Shown here piece by piece: positions 41,527 through 51,813 of a stretch of 64,000 nt of DNA. The notes under the pieces are model-generated. The model had not been told where the DNA came from. It worked only from the letters and a program-made list of their open reading frames with translations, and searched no databases. The translations under genes and the position numbers were made by a program. Numbering within the stretch: position 1 is the first letter of the stretch; the number at the start of each line of letters is the position of its first letter. Origin of the DNA: Chloropicon primus (Eukaryota); assembly GCA_023205875.1 (NCBI GenBank), contig CP060761.1, forward strand, positions 620,001-684,000, read 5' to 3'.

Positions 41527-42645
41527 ATGGGGGAAGCCGAGGGGAGGGGTCGCGAAGAGGGAGACACATCGGCGTCGTCCACACCGTCGGCGTCGTGGAG
41601 GTTCACCATAAGGGAGAGAAGGTATTGCGTTCCAAAGGACTTTCAGCATCCGGGTGGACAGGGTTGGATGCGTCAACACACTGGGAAGGACATCAGCCAC
41701 TTGTTTCCGTCAGGGACGGACGGTGGCGTTGACGGCGAGGGATGTGGCAAGTCGGCGGTCCACTTCCACAGCAGCGCCGCGGTCCGCTTGCTCGAGAGGT
41801 TTCATCGGTTGGAGAAGGAGCAGTCGGAAAGGGGCGACGCGGAGGGGAGCGAGGTGGACAAGAAGGACGGCGCGGGGAGCAAGGTGGAGGTCGTGAACGG
41901 CGTGTCGATTGATTTGTGCAAGCCTTTGGTCTTTCAAGTGGGAAAATTGCGTGAAAATTACCAGAAGTGGGTGCACAAGCCTGAGCTGGGCAAGCCGAGA
42001 TTCTTCCGCAGCGAATTCTGCGAACAGCTGTCGAAGACGAACTGGTGGGTGGTCCCGCTGGTTTGGATTCCAGTGTCCATTTACCTGGTCTTCCTATCCC
42101 TGTGGCGGTGTGAGGGGCTTGTCGGAACGGGTGACGGCCTCGGTTCCGTCATCAACAAGAGGGGAAACTTGGCGGCAATTCTGTTGATCTGCTTCGTGTT
42201 CGGCACTCTGTTCTGGTCTCTGGTGGAGTATGCCGTCCACCGATTCATGTTCCATGTCGACACGAGCAGCTACTGGTGCAACACTCTGCACTTCATGTTC
42301 CATGGGTGCCACCACAAGTTCCCCATGGACGACATGAGGCTGGTCATGCCCCCCGCCGGGGCGCTTCCAATCGTTCTCATGGTTTACGCCGTGGAGTACC
42401 TTTTTTTCGGTGCGTACCTCGCTCCCGTGGTGCTGGCGGGCACGTTGACGGGGTACATGGTGTACGACATGATACACTACCACTGCCACTTTAGCGAATT
42501 CACAAACAGGATTGAGTGGCTGAGGCAGATCAGATCAAGTCACATGGACCATCATTACAGGGACTTCACCAAGGGCTTTGGGATCAGTACGCCCACCTGG
42601 GACTTCGTGCTAAGCACGCAGAGATCCAAGGCGTCGCTCCTGTGA
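41527..42645 (+). CDS. Sphingolipid fatty acid 2-hydroxylase (FA2H/SCS7-like) with N-terminal cytochrome b5-like domain
   Basis: HPGG..GKDISHLF..HSSAA (b5-like). His boxes EYAVHRFMFH, HGCHH, YDMIHYHCH and HMDHH, plus GFGIS. TGTAA at ~42682. Confidence 0.9.
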   Translation: MGEAEGRGREEGDTSASSTPSASWRFTIRERRYCVPKDFQHPGGQGWMRQHTGKDISHLFPSGTDGGVDGEGCGKSAVHFHSSAAVRLLERFHRLEKEQSERGDAEGSEVDKKDGAGSKVEVVNGVSIDLCKPLVFQVGKLRENYQKWVHKPELGKPRFFRSEFCEQLSKTNWWVVPLVWIPVSIYLVFLSLWRCEGLVGTGDGLGSVINKRGNLAAILLICFVFGTLFWSLVEYAVHRFMFHVDTSSYWCNTLHFMFHGCHHKFPMDDMRLVMPPAGALPIVLMVYAVEYLFFGAYLAPVVLAGTLTGYMVYDMIHYHCHFSEFTNRIEWLRQIRSSHMDHHYRDFTKGFGISTPTWDFVLSTQRSKASLL

Positions 42646-43177
42646 CGCTCGTCTTCTTTCCACGTCGTCATATGCCACGCATGTAATACACACACAGACC
42701 CAATTGACCTTGAGTCAACGACTCACAAAACAAACTTCGAGGCAGCCTTCTCTAACGCCTGTCGTCTCAAAGGGAGGACCACTCCTCTTTGCCAAACCCT
42801 TCAGCCGAGGTATCAATCGAAAGCCCTTGAGAAGTTCTTCTGTTCTTTCAACACCTCCTCCCCTTCACCGTCACCGTCCTCGCACAAAGTCCTCGACAAT
42901 TACCCTCTCTCTCCCCGTCATGCCCCCGAGCGTTAATCCGCTCTCTCCCTCCTCTCGTCATTTTGATTCGCAGGAAGGCGACGAGGAGTCCGTCGGTCGA
43001 AGGGCGAAGGGAGAGAGGGGAAGGACGGCGAAAGGGGGGAGACGGGGACGAGGAGAGTGGCGTCAGGGGAATCTACGTGTCGCGAGCTTTCGACTGATAC
43101 CTCCCTTGACGCATTTGACGTCGTGGAGGCTGAGGAGTTGGACGAGGAGTGGTGTTTTGACAGGTGGACGGCTTGGG

Positions 43178-44165
43178 ATGGCGACCACAGGGGAGGACGT
43201 GTGGGTGGCAGGGGTTCGTGGGAACGTGAGACAGGACGGGAGGGAGAACTCCGAGTACAGGAGGATTACCATCCAGAACGGAACGATAGAGCATGCGCAA
43301 GGGTCAGCATTGGTACAGATAGGAGACACCAAGTAAGTTGGACCATCAAATGGACGAGCCAGCCGCCTCGAAGACTGACGATCTCATCCTCACCTTCCAT
43401 TCTCTCTCTGTCCGTCCGTCTGTCTTTGACTTGTGCAGAGTTCTCGCTGCGGCTTCGTTGGAGATAGGAGAGCCGCGTGAGGGTCGACCAAAGAGCGGAG
43501 TCGTGCGCGTCACAGTGGACTGCACTTTGTGTTACCCTGTGGATGGGACGAACTGGCGTTCGTATGATAGGTATGGGAAAGACCTCGCGAGTCAGGTGGA
43601 GGACTTGTACAACGGGCCAAGGGGGAGCTCCAAGGGAGTCCTCGATGAGGAGAATGATCTTTGCTTGGCGGAGGGCCAAAGCGTTTGGTGCTTCACCATC
43701 GACTGCGTCGTTCTCTCTGATGACGGGTCTCTCCTGGACTGCTTGAGCCTGGCTTGCAGGTCTTGCCTCTGTGATGTGGGGATACCCAAGTTCGAGGTCC
43801 TGGAAACGAATGAGGTTGGACCGTCCGGACCAGAGATCACGATAGAAGAAGACCCGAATCAGTACTGGCAGCTTCAGTGCGCTCGGGTCCCCGTGTACGT
43901 CTCCCTGGGGCTCGTGGAGACCCTGTGGGTGTACGACTTGTGCAAAAACGAGGAGAATCACTGCAGGAGCAGGTTGACTTTCGGCGTGGATGCGAGTGGT
44001 GCGATCAAGCAGGTCGTGAGCGGGGCGAGCGGCACCTGCGTGAATTATTCTAGGAACGTGGCAAACATCATAGAAGCGGCTTGCCTTGCAGGCCGGAAGC
44101 TCTTGTCCTCTATAGACTCTGTGGACCAAGGAAAGGACCAGCACCTCTTCCACATCGGAAAGTAA
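43178..44165 (+). CDS. RRP42: Exosome complex RNase PH subunit RRP42-like; exons 43178-43332 and 43439-44165 (293 aa)
   Basis: RQDGR..YRRITI..AQGSALVQIGDTK|VLAAASLEIGEP, WCFTIDCVVLSDDGSLLD and IEEDP..VPVYVSL. Confidence 0.8.
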
Positions 44166-44485
44166 AGCGCGTAGAATCGTCAGTGTCAACAGGAACAGAC
44201 CTTTTCTTTGGCCTCACGGTCGAGAAAACGAACACACAACTCTCCTGCATCGGGGCAGGGCGTAATATGTAATAATCGACACGAGGCATTGTCCACCAAA
44301 AGCCCTGCGAGCTGAAAGTTCGTTCAACCCTGCCCCTCCAAACCAGGATCGTCAGTCCCAACACTCGACCCATTCCTCCATCGCCATCGCCATCGCCATC
44401 CTTGTCGCACAACCAGCCTACCATGGTCTGAGTCTAAAGCTGTCCTCTGCTACCTTTCCTCCTCCTCGACGAGTGCGTGAAGTTC

Positions 44486-46423
44486 ATGGCGGCCAAGCAG
44501 GGCGCACGAGTGAGGCAAAGGGTGGCGGTGAGGGGAGGCTTTGTCGCGAGAGGCTGGTTGGGATCATGCGTGAGGTCTCCTCGTGTTCGCGTCCGCCAGG
44601 AACCGTCGAGGAAACTGTCGAGACGCTCGAGGAAGGAAGAAACGAGCCGCCGAGTCGTGGTGCATGGCTTGAGCAGTGATGAAATCGATGACTTGTTGGT
44701 GTTCCAGGAGCCGGAAGAGGAGGAGGCGAAGGGCGAGTGCTACGGTTGCGGGGCTCACTTGCAGACGAGGAGCGAGAAAGCGGCGGGTTACGTCAAGAGG
44801 GAGACGTACGAGGCGAAGAAGAAGCACAGGCAGTTGAACCAGATACTCTGCTCTCGGTGTCACCTTCTCTGTAATGGGAAGATGGTGCCAGGGATTGAGG
44901 ACTGGGGCACGAGGCTCATTCGTGGTGGGCAGGAGGAGGCCGGGCCGAGTGGAAGCGGCGGAGACTTCGAGCGGGAGAGCTTGCTGACGCCGGACGAGCT
45001 CCGAAGGCAGCTGCTTGGCCTGAAGTCGAAGAGGAGTCTTGTCCTTCACTTGGTGGACCTCACAGACATTCAAGGAACGTTCTTGAGAAACATCAGGGAC
45101 CTCGTGTCGAAGAACCCTGTGATGATCATCGGGACGAAGATGGACCTCCTTCCAAAGGGCTCGAACGTGAAGGACGTGGCCGACTGGCTCCACCAGTACA
45201 TCGAAGACAAGGGGCTCAATCCCATCAGCGTGGTGCTGTGCAGCAGCAAGAGCAGGTTCGGTATAAGGCAAACGGCGAGCTTGATGAAGAAGAACAGGAA
45301 AGGCAGAGACGTCATGGTCATCGGGGCGGCAAATGTCGGCAAGTCGGCCTTCATCCGGTCCTTGCTGAATGAGATGAGCTCGATGAAGTCGGCCAATTAC
45401 GACGTCGGTGCCGCACAAATCAGGCACAAGCCCGTGGAGTCCGACATGCCGGGAACGACGCTTGGAATCATTCCGCTGAGGGCTTTCGAGAGGGGAGGGG
45501 TCCTGTTCGATACCCCGGGACTGCACTTGGAGCACAGGCTGATCCACATGATGCTGCCGAGCGAGGTGAAGTCTGTCCTGCCTCGGAGGCCCCTGTCGCC
45601 GTACATCGCCAAGACTCCGGCGAGCATCCTCTTCGAATCCAAGCTCGTGGAGCAGCAAGAGCGGGGGGAAAGGATGTCGGGTGTCGGTGATGCCGAGGAA
45701 GATGGCGGCGCAACGCCTACTGGTTACGAGGAAGATTTGCTGGACGACTTGCTCGAAAACCCTGGGGCCGTTGAAGGGGCCAGCGCGACTTACTTGTGGG
45801 GAGACGTGGCGAGGCTGGACGTCCTTAGCTGCCCAATGAGCACCCACCTCGTGTTCTGCGGCTCCAAAGCGATGAGGATCACTGCTCAGCCCCTGGTGAA
45901 GGACGCCGAAGAGGAAGAGAAAGAGGAAGAGACCGTCAACCTCTGGGGGGACGCCGCCACGACGGATGATTCCGCTGAGGCGGACGTCGGGGAGGACCTG
46001 GGTGGCCTGACCGTGCCCCTGCTGAAAGAGAGACTTCGGGACGCGGGGTTGAAGGTGGGCGGCAGGAAGGACGAGCTCATCGAAAGGCTTCTCCAGCACG
46101 AAGCCTCAGTCTCTCCCTCCCGGACTACCGATGGAAAAGAAGACGCGTCGTTGTCATCGGACGGCGAGAGCAGCGAGCACGGACTCGTCTCGGTGAGAGC
46201 TAGGGGGGGCTTGACGATGACAAAAGAGCTCGTGATCCAAACTCCAGGCTACAGCGGCAACGCAATTCAGCCGATTGTGGACATCTGCATCTCTGGCGTG
46301 CCAGGCTGGATCACAGTTTATGCCAAGAGCAGTGACGAGCCGATACGGTGCAGGGTGTACACGCCGCGCGGGATCCAGACGTTCCTCAGGGAGCCCTTTC
46401 CGATCGACGTCATCGAGTACTGA
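44486..46423 (+). CDS. NOA1: Circularly permuted GTPase NOA1/RIF1 (YqeH family), organelle-targeted, with inserted SAP motif
   Basis: CYGCG..CSRC zinc finger, G4 TKMD before G1 GAANVGKS, G2 PGTT and G3 DTPG. Arg-rich transit-peptide-like N-terminus. Confidence 0.9.
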   Translation: MAAKQGARVRQRVAVRGGFVARGWLGSCVRSPRVRVRQEPSRKLSRRSRKEETSRRVVVHGLSSDEIDDLLVFQEPEEEEAKGECYGCGAHLQTRSEKAAGYVKRETYEAKKKHRQLNQILCSRCHLLCNGKMVPGIEDWGTRLIRGGQEEAGPSGSGGDFERESLLTPDELRRQLLGLKSKRSLVLHLVDLTDIQGTFLRNIRDLVSKNPVMIIGTKMDLLPKGSNVKDVADWLHQYIEDKGLNPISVVLCSSKSRFGIRQTASLMKKNRKGRDVMVIGAANVGKSAFIRSLLNEMSSMKSANYDVGAAQIRHKPVESDMPGTTLGIIPLRAFERGGVLFDTPGLHLEHRLIHMMLPSEVKSVLPRRPLSPYIAKTPASILFESKLVEQQERGERMSGVGDAEEDGGATPTGYEEDLLDDLLENPGAVEGASATYLWGDVARLDVLSCPMSTHLVFCGSKAMRITAQPLVKDAEEEEKEEETVNLWGDAATTDDSAEADVGEDLGGLTVPLLKERLRDAGLKVGGRKDELIERLLQHEASVSPSRTTDGKEDASLSSDGESSEHGLVSVRARGGLTMTKELVIQTPGYSGNAIQPIVDICISGVPGWITVYAKSSDEPIRCRVYTPRGIQTFLREPFPIDVIEY

Positions 46424-46536
46424 GGTGATGGTGATGGTAAACAATTTCATAATCATAAATACATATGTATATATATGTGTGCATGGGGTGCAAAAGAACG
46501 TTATATTTTGTCCGTGCCCTTTCCTCACGACTCCCT

Positions 46537-47757
46537 TTAATCAGCCTTCCCTCTCAACTTTGTTTTCCCAATGAGTCCACCGTCACTCTTCGCAGTTCGA
46601 AGTGGGTTCTGAGAGCCCAGCGTCGCCTCCCCGAGGTCAATCAGTTTTATGCCGCTGCTGGACCGTGCCGGGGGCAGCGCAGGCTTGTTTGCCACCTTCT
46701 TGATCTTCTCGAAAAAGGATTCCTTCTTCTGGGTGGAGGCCGCGGATACGGAGGCCTTGGCCCCGCTGAGCTGCTTTGCCGTCTTCTTTGAGTCAAACAA
46801 GGGCGGTCTGATGACAAGCCCGTTGTCCTTGCTTGGGGACTTGGGGACGTTGGCCTTCCTCAGGGGCGAGTTGGAGGGCTTGCTGCTTCCCGCGAGCATG
46901 CCGTCATCCTTTCCCCTCTTCCGAATGAGAGCATCGCTGACCATCGCCCCGTTCGAACCTTTCTCCTCCACGACGACCGTCTTCCCACCGTTGCTCTTCA
47001 TCATCACGCTCTGCTCCCCCTTCTTCAACTGCAGGGACTCCTCCTGCTTCTTCATGATGGTTTCCACGATCCCAGAGTGGCTCAGGGAGGGCTTGAAGCT
47101 CTGCTGCTCATTCTTCGCGCCAGCCCCGCTGACACCTCCCCTGTCCATCCTTCCCCCCTCCTCGGGAAAGCCAGCCCTGCTGCCCCCTTCCCCAGGCTCC
47201 CCAGGCTCCCCAGGCTCCCCCGCAACCGTCCCGTAGTAGCTCTTCAGCTGGGTCATCGCCACGCTCATGCTTCCCTGGCTTGCTGCCACTCCCGCGCTCA
47301 CTCCGCCCAGGTTCAACCCCCCACCTCCATTTCCCACCGAAGCCTTCGACTCAGGCTTGTAGTACATCGACGGATGAAGCTTCTTCCTGGGTATCTTGAC
47401 GTGGTCTCTCGCAAAGAGGGACATGTCCGAGTGCAAACCATTCGCCCTCTTCAACTCCCCCACCTGAACGTTGTACTTGATAGCTATCCCAGCAAGCGTA
47501 TCAAGCTTACTCACCTGGCAGCAACGCGAGACAAAAGAAACGCGCAGAGGGAAACCGAAAGCACGCACGAGCACGCCAAGGACAAGTCAGCAACCGAGGC
47601 GAGAGGCTTTCCAACCTCGAAGGCGACCCACTGTCCACCTTACCTTGTGGAAGACGAAGAATTCCGTTTCCGTGATAATGCTCGAGGACGAGGACGTTGT
47701 CGCCGGGGACGACGAGTCCTTTTGCCTCGACTTTCCCGTGCCGTTCAAGGTGTCCAT
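46537..47757 (-). CDS. Intracellular LysM-domain protein; exons 47757-47644 and 47514-46537 (363 aa)
   Basis: HK|VSKLDTLAGIAIKYNVQVGELKRANGL..LFARDHVKIP is a LysM domain. No signal peptide. Confidence 0.85.
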
Positions 47758-48356
47758 CACGACCTCCGCCACCGCCGTCTGGTCCCTCCCTCTCCCTCTC
47801 TCTCTCGTACCCCTAAAAGAAGCAGCAACATGTTTCAGTCTCAGAATCCGCCACACCGCGTCATTCCCTTCGACGAAGGGGTCAAACGGAAGAGAAAGGC
47901 ACGACGCTTCGGTCCGCAACCCTTCCCCTCGCTCCCGCCCCCCCTCCCTCTCGCTCCTCAACTCACCTCTTGTCGCCCCTCGCCGTGTCGGACCGACGCA
48001 ATCGTCAATTCCTGTGGCCTCAGGAGGCGCCAGGATGTCTGCAGGACCCCAGAACCATCAATGGCCGCCCAGGTGATGGAGGGGGGGAGGAGAGGGGGGG
48101 AAGGGGAGGCAATTGGACGTGCACGACGATGGGTAGATCCCCTCTTCATCTTGTGCTTTCTCGTTTGAATCCTTCCTCGCAAGAATCGGACCGGTTTAGA
48201 GGGACTCCAGGGGACGCGATTGGGATTGGGGTGGCACAAAGGGTGGAAACGCCGCGTCTTCCTCTAGTGCCACATCAATGAATGCGATGCTGTGCTGTTC
48301 TACACAATAATTACATGGTTTGGTGAAAGCAAGTCACAACTTCTCCTTCGATGTGA

Positions 48357-50237
48357 TTACTTTGCCTTCTTCCCCTTTGCGCTTGCTTTGGTCGAGCCGG
48401 CTCTCTTCTTCGACACGGTCATCTCTGGGAACTCCATGGCGAACCTTGAGATCGTCCTCGCGGCGGCCTCGAATCGGTCCGGATCTGGAAGGGTCTCGTC
48501 AGGGGCCCGCTTCGTTTTGGTCGGATCTTCGCCCAAAGCTATCGCCTGCAGGGTCTCGTAGTGCCGTTGCAGGGAAGGGTTCGACACGTAAGTCGAATCC
48601 CAGTCCCCCTCGAGCTTCAGAGCCCCGATGAGCTCCCTCGCTTTCGCCACTTGGTCCTCGCTGGAAAAGCAAACCTCCTCCCCCTTCTTCCTCGGAATCT
48701 CTTCTGGAAACCTCATGTCGTCCGCGAAGGGCAAGAAAACCACCCACATGCCAGGCGGGTCGATCTGGTTGCCGTACTCGTCCTTGGCCTCCTGCTGGGC
48801 CACGAGGGCCACGATGTCTGCGCCGGTAGAGCTTGTCCTCGTGGACGCGAAGCTGCAAATGGCCACCTGATCCAGTTGCAACATCTTCTCGTGAAACATG
48901 AGAAACAGCTTGCACGTCCCCGGGTGTTCCTTCTCGTTGGGGTACACAAACGCAGAGGCCCTCACTTGCTGATGGGGCTTGAGGTAGCTCGCTGGCTTGA
49001 ACCCCAGAAGGTTGAATCCGGGGGGAATATCGCAGTCCTTGATGCATTTGTACTCGAGGGGGGTCGCGTGCACTTGGCGCAAGAAGGAGAAGGAGAGAAA
49101 ACGAAAGGAGCGAGGAGTGTCAGCGAACGCTCGTGATTCTTGTTCTGCGCCCCCAAGCGGCTTCGGACTCGTACCGTTCTGTCCCCTCACAGTCCAGCCC
49201 TTCAAAATCTTGTCCTCCTTCTGAAGCACCTCCCCAGTCTCATGGGAAACGTACGCGGTATGCGATTTCAGCAAGGAGTTCGTCCGGGCATCCACCGCCC
49301 TCTGCACCTTGGTTTGCTTGCTCAGCATCAGATAGTACTCCAGTTGGATCTTCACCCGGTCCCCGATTCGCAAGTGAGTTTTCAGCCACCGCTTCTTCTT
49401 GTTGATTTTCCTTCGGATCATCTCAAACTTGTCCGCCTGAATCAATTGCATCTCCTCGAGGAAGTCGCTGTCCCCCGACGAGCACGCCTCAATCACTTGG
49501 CCCCAAAACTCTGGGGAGAAGCGCTCCCCCGGCTCCCCCAGTGGGTACAACTGCAGGTCGACTTTGAGCTCTTTCAAGGCGCCCATCCGGTCCAGAGCCT
49601 GGGAGGTGGTCACCTTGTCACCGCTGCAAGGGTCGTCGTCGTCCGTGAAGATGAACACCCGCTTCTCGACGTTGTCCCTAGGAAAAGAAAAAGAAAAGAA
49701 AAGAGGAGGGAAAACGACTCTCGTCAGCAAGCAGCCCCGCAGTTGCCCAGCGCCTTCCTTTTCGGCAGGGCTCACTCACTTTTTGGAGTACTCCTTGAGC
49801 ATGTGGCTGCAAGTCCACAACGCGAGCTTCAGGGACAGTCCCCGGTGGTCTTCGCTCCCCGGGTAGCTCAAGTCCTCCACTCTCTGAAAGGCCTCCGTCA
49901 CGTCCCTGATGTACCGAGCGGACAAGCTGCCCAGCTTCTCAAGGACGTGCACGTGGTCCAAGCCATACTCGTTGCTCTGGCCGTGCGTTCCATACAAAAC
50001 GATGGCGACCTTGTCGTGGGGCGACTGGATGATACGAGACTTGAGAAAGTTCTCCAAGCAGGTCCCCACGTACTGGATACAAGTCTCACCCGAAGGCAGA
50101 ACCTGGTCCATCATGTGCTTCCTCACGTCCACTAGGAAGCACACCGCCTCGAAGGACTTCTCCTCGGCGCTCTTCAGGGCCTGCGTCGCCTCGTCGTCGT
50201 CGTCCCCATCCACCACAGAAGCATCGTAGAAGAACAT
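48357..50237 (-). CDS. KU70: Ku70 DNA end-binding protein; exons 50237-49780, 49677-49175, 49072-48357 (558 aa)
   Basis: vWA motifs FLVD, SRIIQSPHDKVAIVLYGT, ALWTC and RVFIFTDDDDP. Core LLGFKP, FVYPNE, VALVAQ, PPGMWVVFLPFADDMR, NPSLQRHY and DETLP. Splice phases are consistent. Confidence 0.93.
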
Positions 50238-50261
50238 CACTAAAACCCAAAGAAGCTTGCT

Positions 50262-50557
50262 TTTCAGTCCGCCAATCCTTTCGACCGAGGAGTCCAACGA
50301 AAGAAGAGGCCACGATGCTTCCGCCTGGCACCCACACCCTCGCGTCCTACCTCGCCCTCCTCGACCAGAGCGCCCTCCGCAACCTCTCCCCTGTCTGTCT
50401 CCCTTGGAAGAGAAAGCAATCGTTTTTCAGTCCTAAATCCTCATTCCTTGGTCATTCCTTTCGACCGAGGAGTCTAACGAAAGACAAGACCACGACGCTT
50501 CCGCCTGTCACCCACACCCTCGCGTCCTACCTCGCCCTCGCCTCCCAGAGCGCCCCC
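50262..50557. repeat. Degenerate direct repeat with 180-bp period in the Ku70/ankyrin divergent promoter
   Basis: tcctttcgaccgaggagtc/taacgaaag..gcttccgcctg..cacccacaccctcgcgtcctacctcgccctc occurs at ~50276-50378 and ~50456-50557. Confidence 0.88.
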
Positions 50558-50706
50558 AAAGACGACTCCCCCTGGGCCTCGGTCTCCTGGAGTGTACTTG
50601 CTTTTTTGCACTGATCGAGAGAGCCGAGCGTTTCATTTTTTTTTTTACCGACGACGAAAAACAAAAAAAAAGAAAACGCTCGACGAAACAAAACGCAAAA
50701 CGACGA

Positions 50707-50741
<35 letters not shown>

Positions 50742-50775
50742 GACAGAAAGAGAAAGCGAGGAAGCGTAGAGCATC

Positions 50776-50932
50776 ATGCCGTTCGACCTTATCGTAAGTC
50801 ATCGCTACCGTCACCGCTACCGTTTTTGTTGTGGAGAAACTCGCTGCCTCTCCTAACGAGTCGGAGAAGGTTTTCCTCCTCATTCTCCTCCTCCTTGTTC
50901 GGAAGCCTCCGCCGCTCCAGTGGACGAAGACC

Positions 50933-50967
<35 letters not shown>

Positions 50968-51499
50968 GTGACGCTGACTGGCTTGTTTTTTTGTTTTTTT
51001 TTTTCTGCAGAGTGGGAGGTTCATCCCTGAGAAGAGCAACATATGGAGGGACTGCGTGGACGGGTACTACGATTGGGTGAAGGAGCACATCGCAGAGGGT
51101 GCGCCAATAAATGAGGCGGATCATTGCGGGGATCCGCCTCTGTTGCTCGCCGCAGGAAACGGACACCTCGCTGTGGTGAAGCTCTTGCTGGAGGAGGGAG
51201 CCGACCTCGAGCAGAGGGGAGTCACCAAGGAGACTTCGTTGAACAGGGCTGCCCACAACGGCCACTTGCAGACGGTGAAGTTCCTCGTCGAGAAGGGTGC
51301 GGACATCAACTGCCTCGACCTCGGAGAGAACACCCCGTTGCACTGGGCTGCCATGAGAGGACACGTGGAGATCTGCAAGTACCTCCTGGACTGCGGCGCG
51401 GATAGGAACGTTAGGAACAAGCAGGACAAGCTCCCTATCGACTTGTGCAAGCCGTGCTGGAGCAACTCGTACAAGTTCTGCCAGGCCGTCCTCGCTTGA
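50776..51499 (+). CDS. Small canonical ankyrin-repeat protein; exons 50776-50793 and 51011-51499 (168 aa)
   Basis: MPFDLI|gtaagt..ctgcag|SGRF splices in frame. Repeats GDPPLLLAAGNGH, TSLNRAAHNGH and ENTPLHWAAMRGH. Confidence 0.85.
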
Positions 51500-51813
51500 G
51501 CCCCGTCACCGTGACGTCTGACCTGGAGAGACACGCTCTCTCTCGCTCTCTCTCTCACGCGCGCTGCGCTCGTGTCGTGTCGTGTGAGAAGAAGAATTTT
51601 GAGGTTGTGCGTGGCAACAAAAAAGATGAGAGAAGGGTCGTCCGTGGCTCTTTCTATAGATCTAATACACAGTCATTTACATCCACCAATGTTCGCCCTC
51701 TCGAAAAATTGATGCCGCAATTCGCAAAAAAAAATCAGTTTCGCTTTCCATTCAACGTCGAGTTCCTCGTCCTCCGCCCCCTCGCACCTCGTCCTCCGCC
51801 CCCTCGCTCCTCC

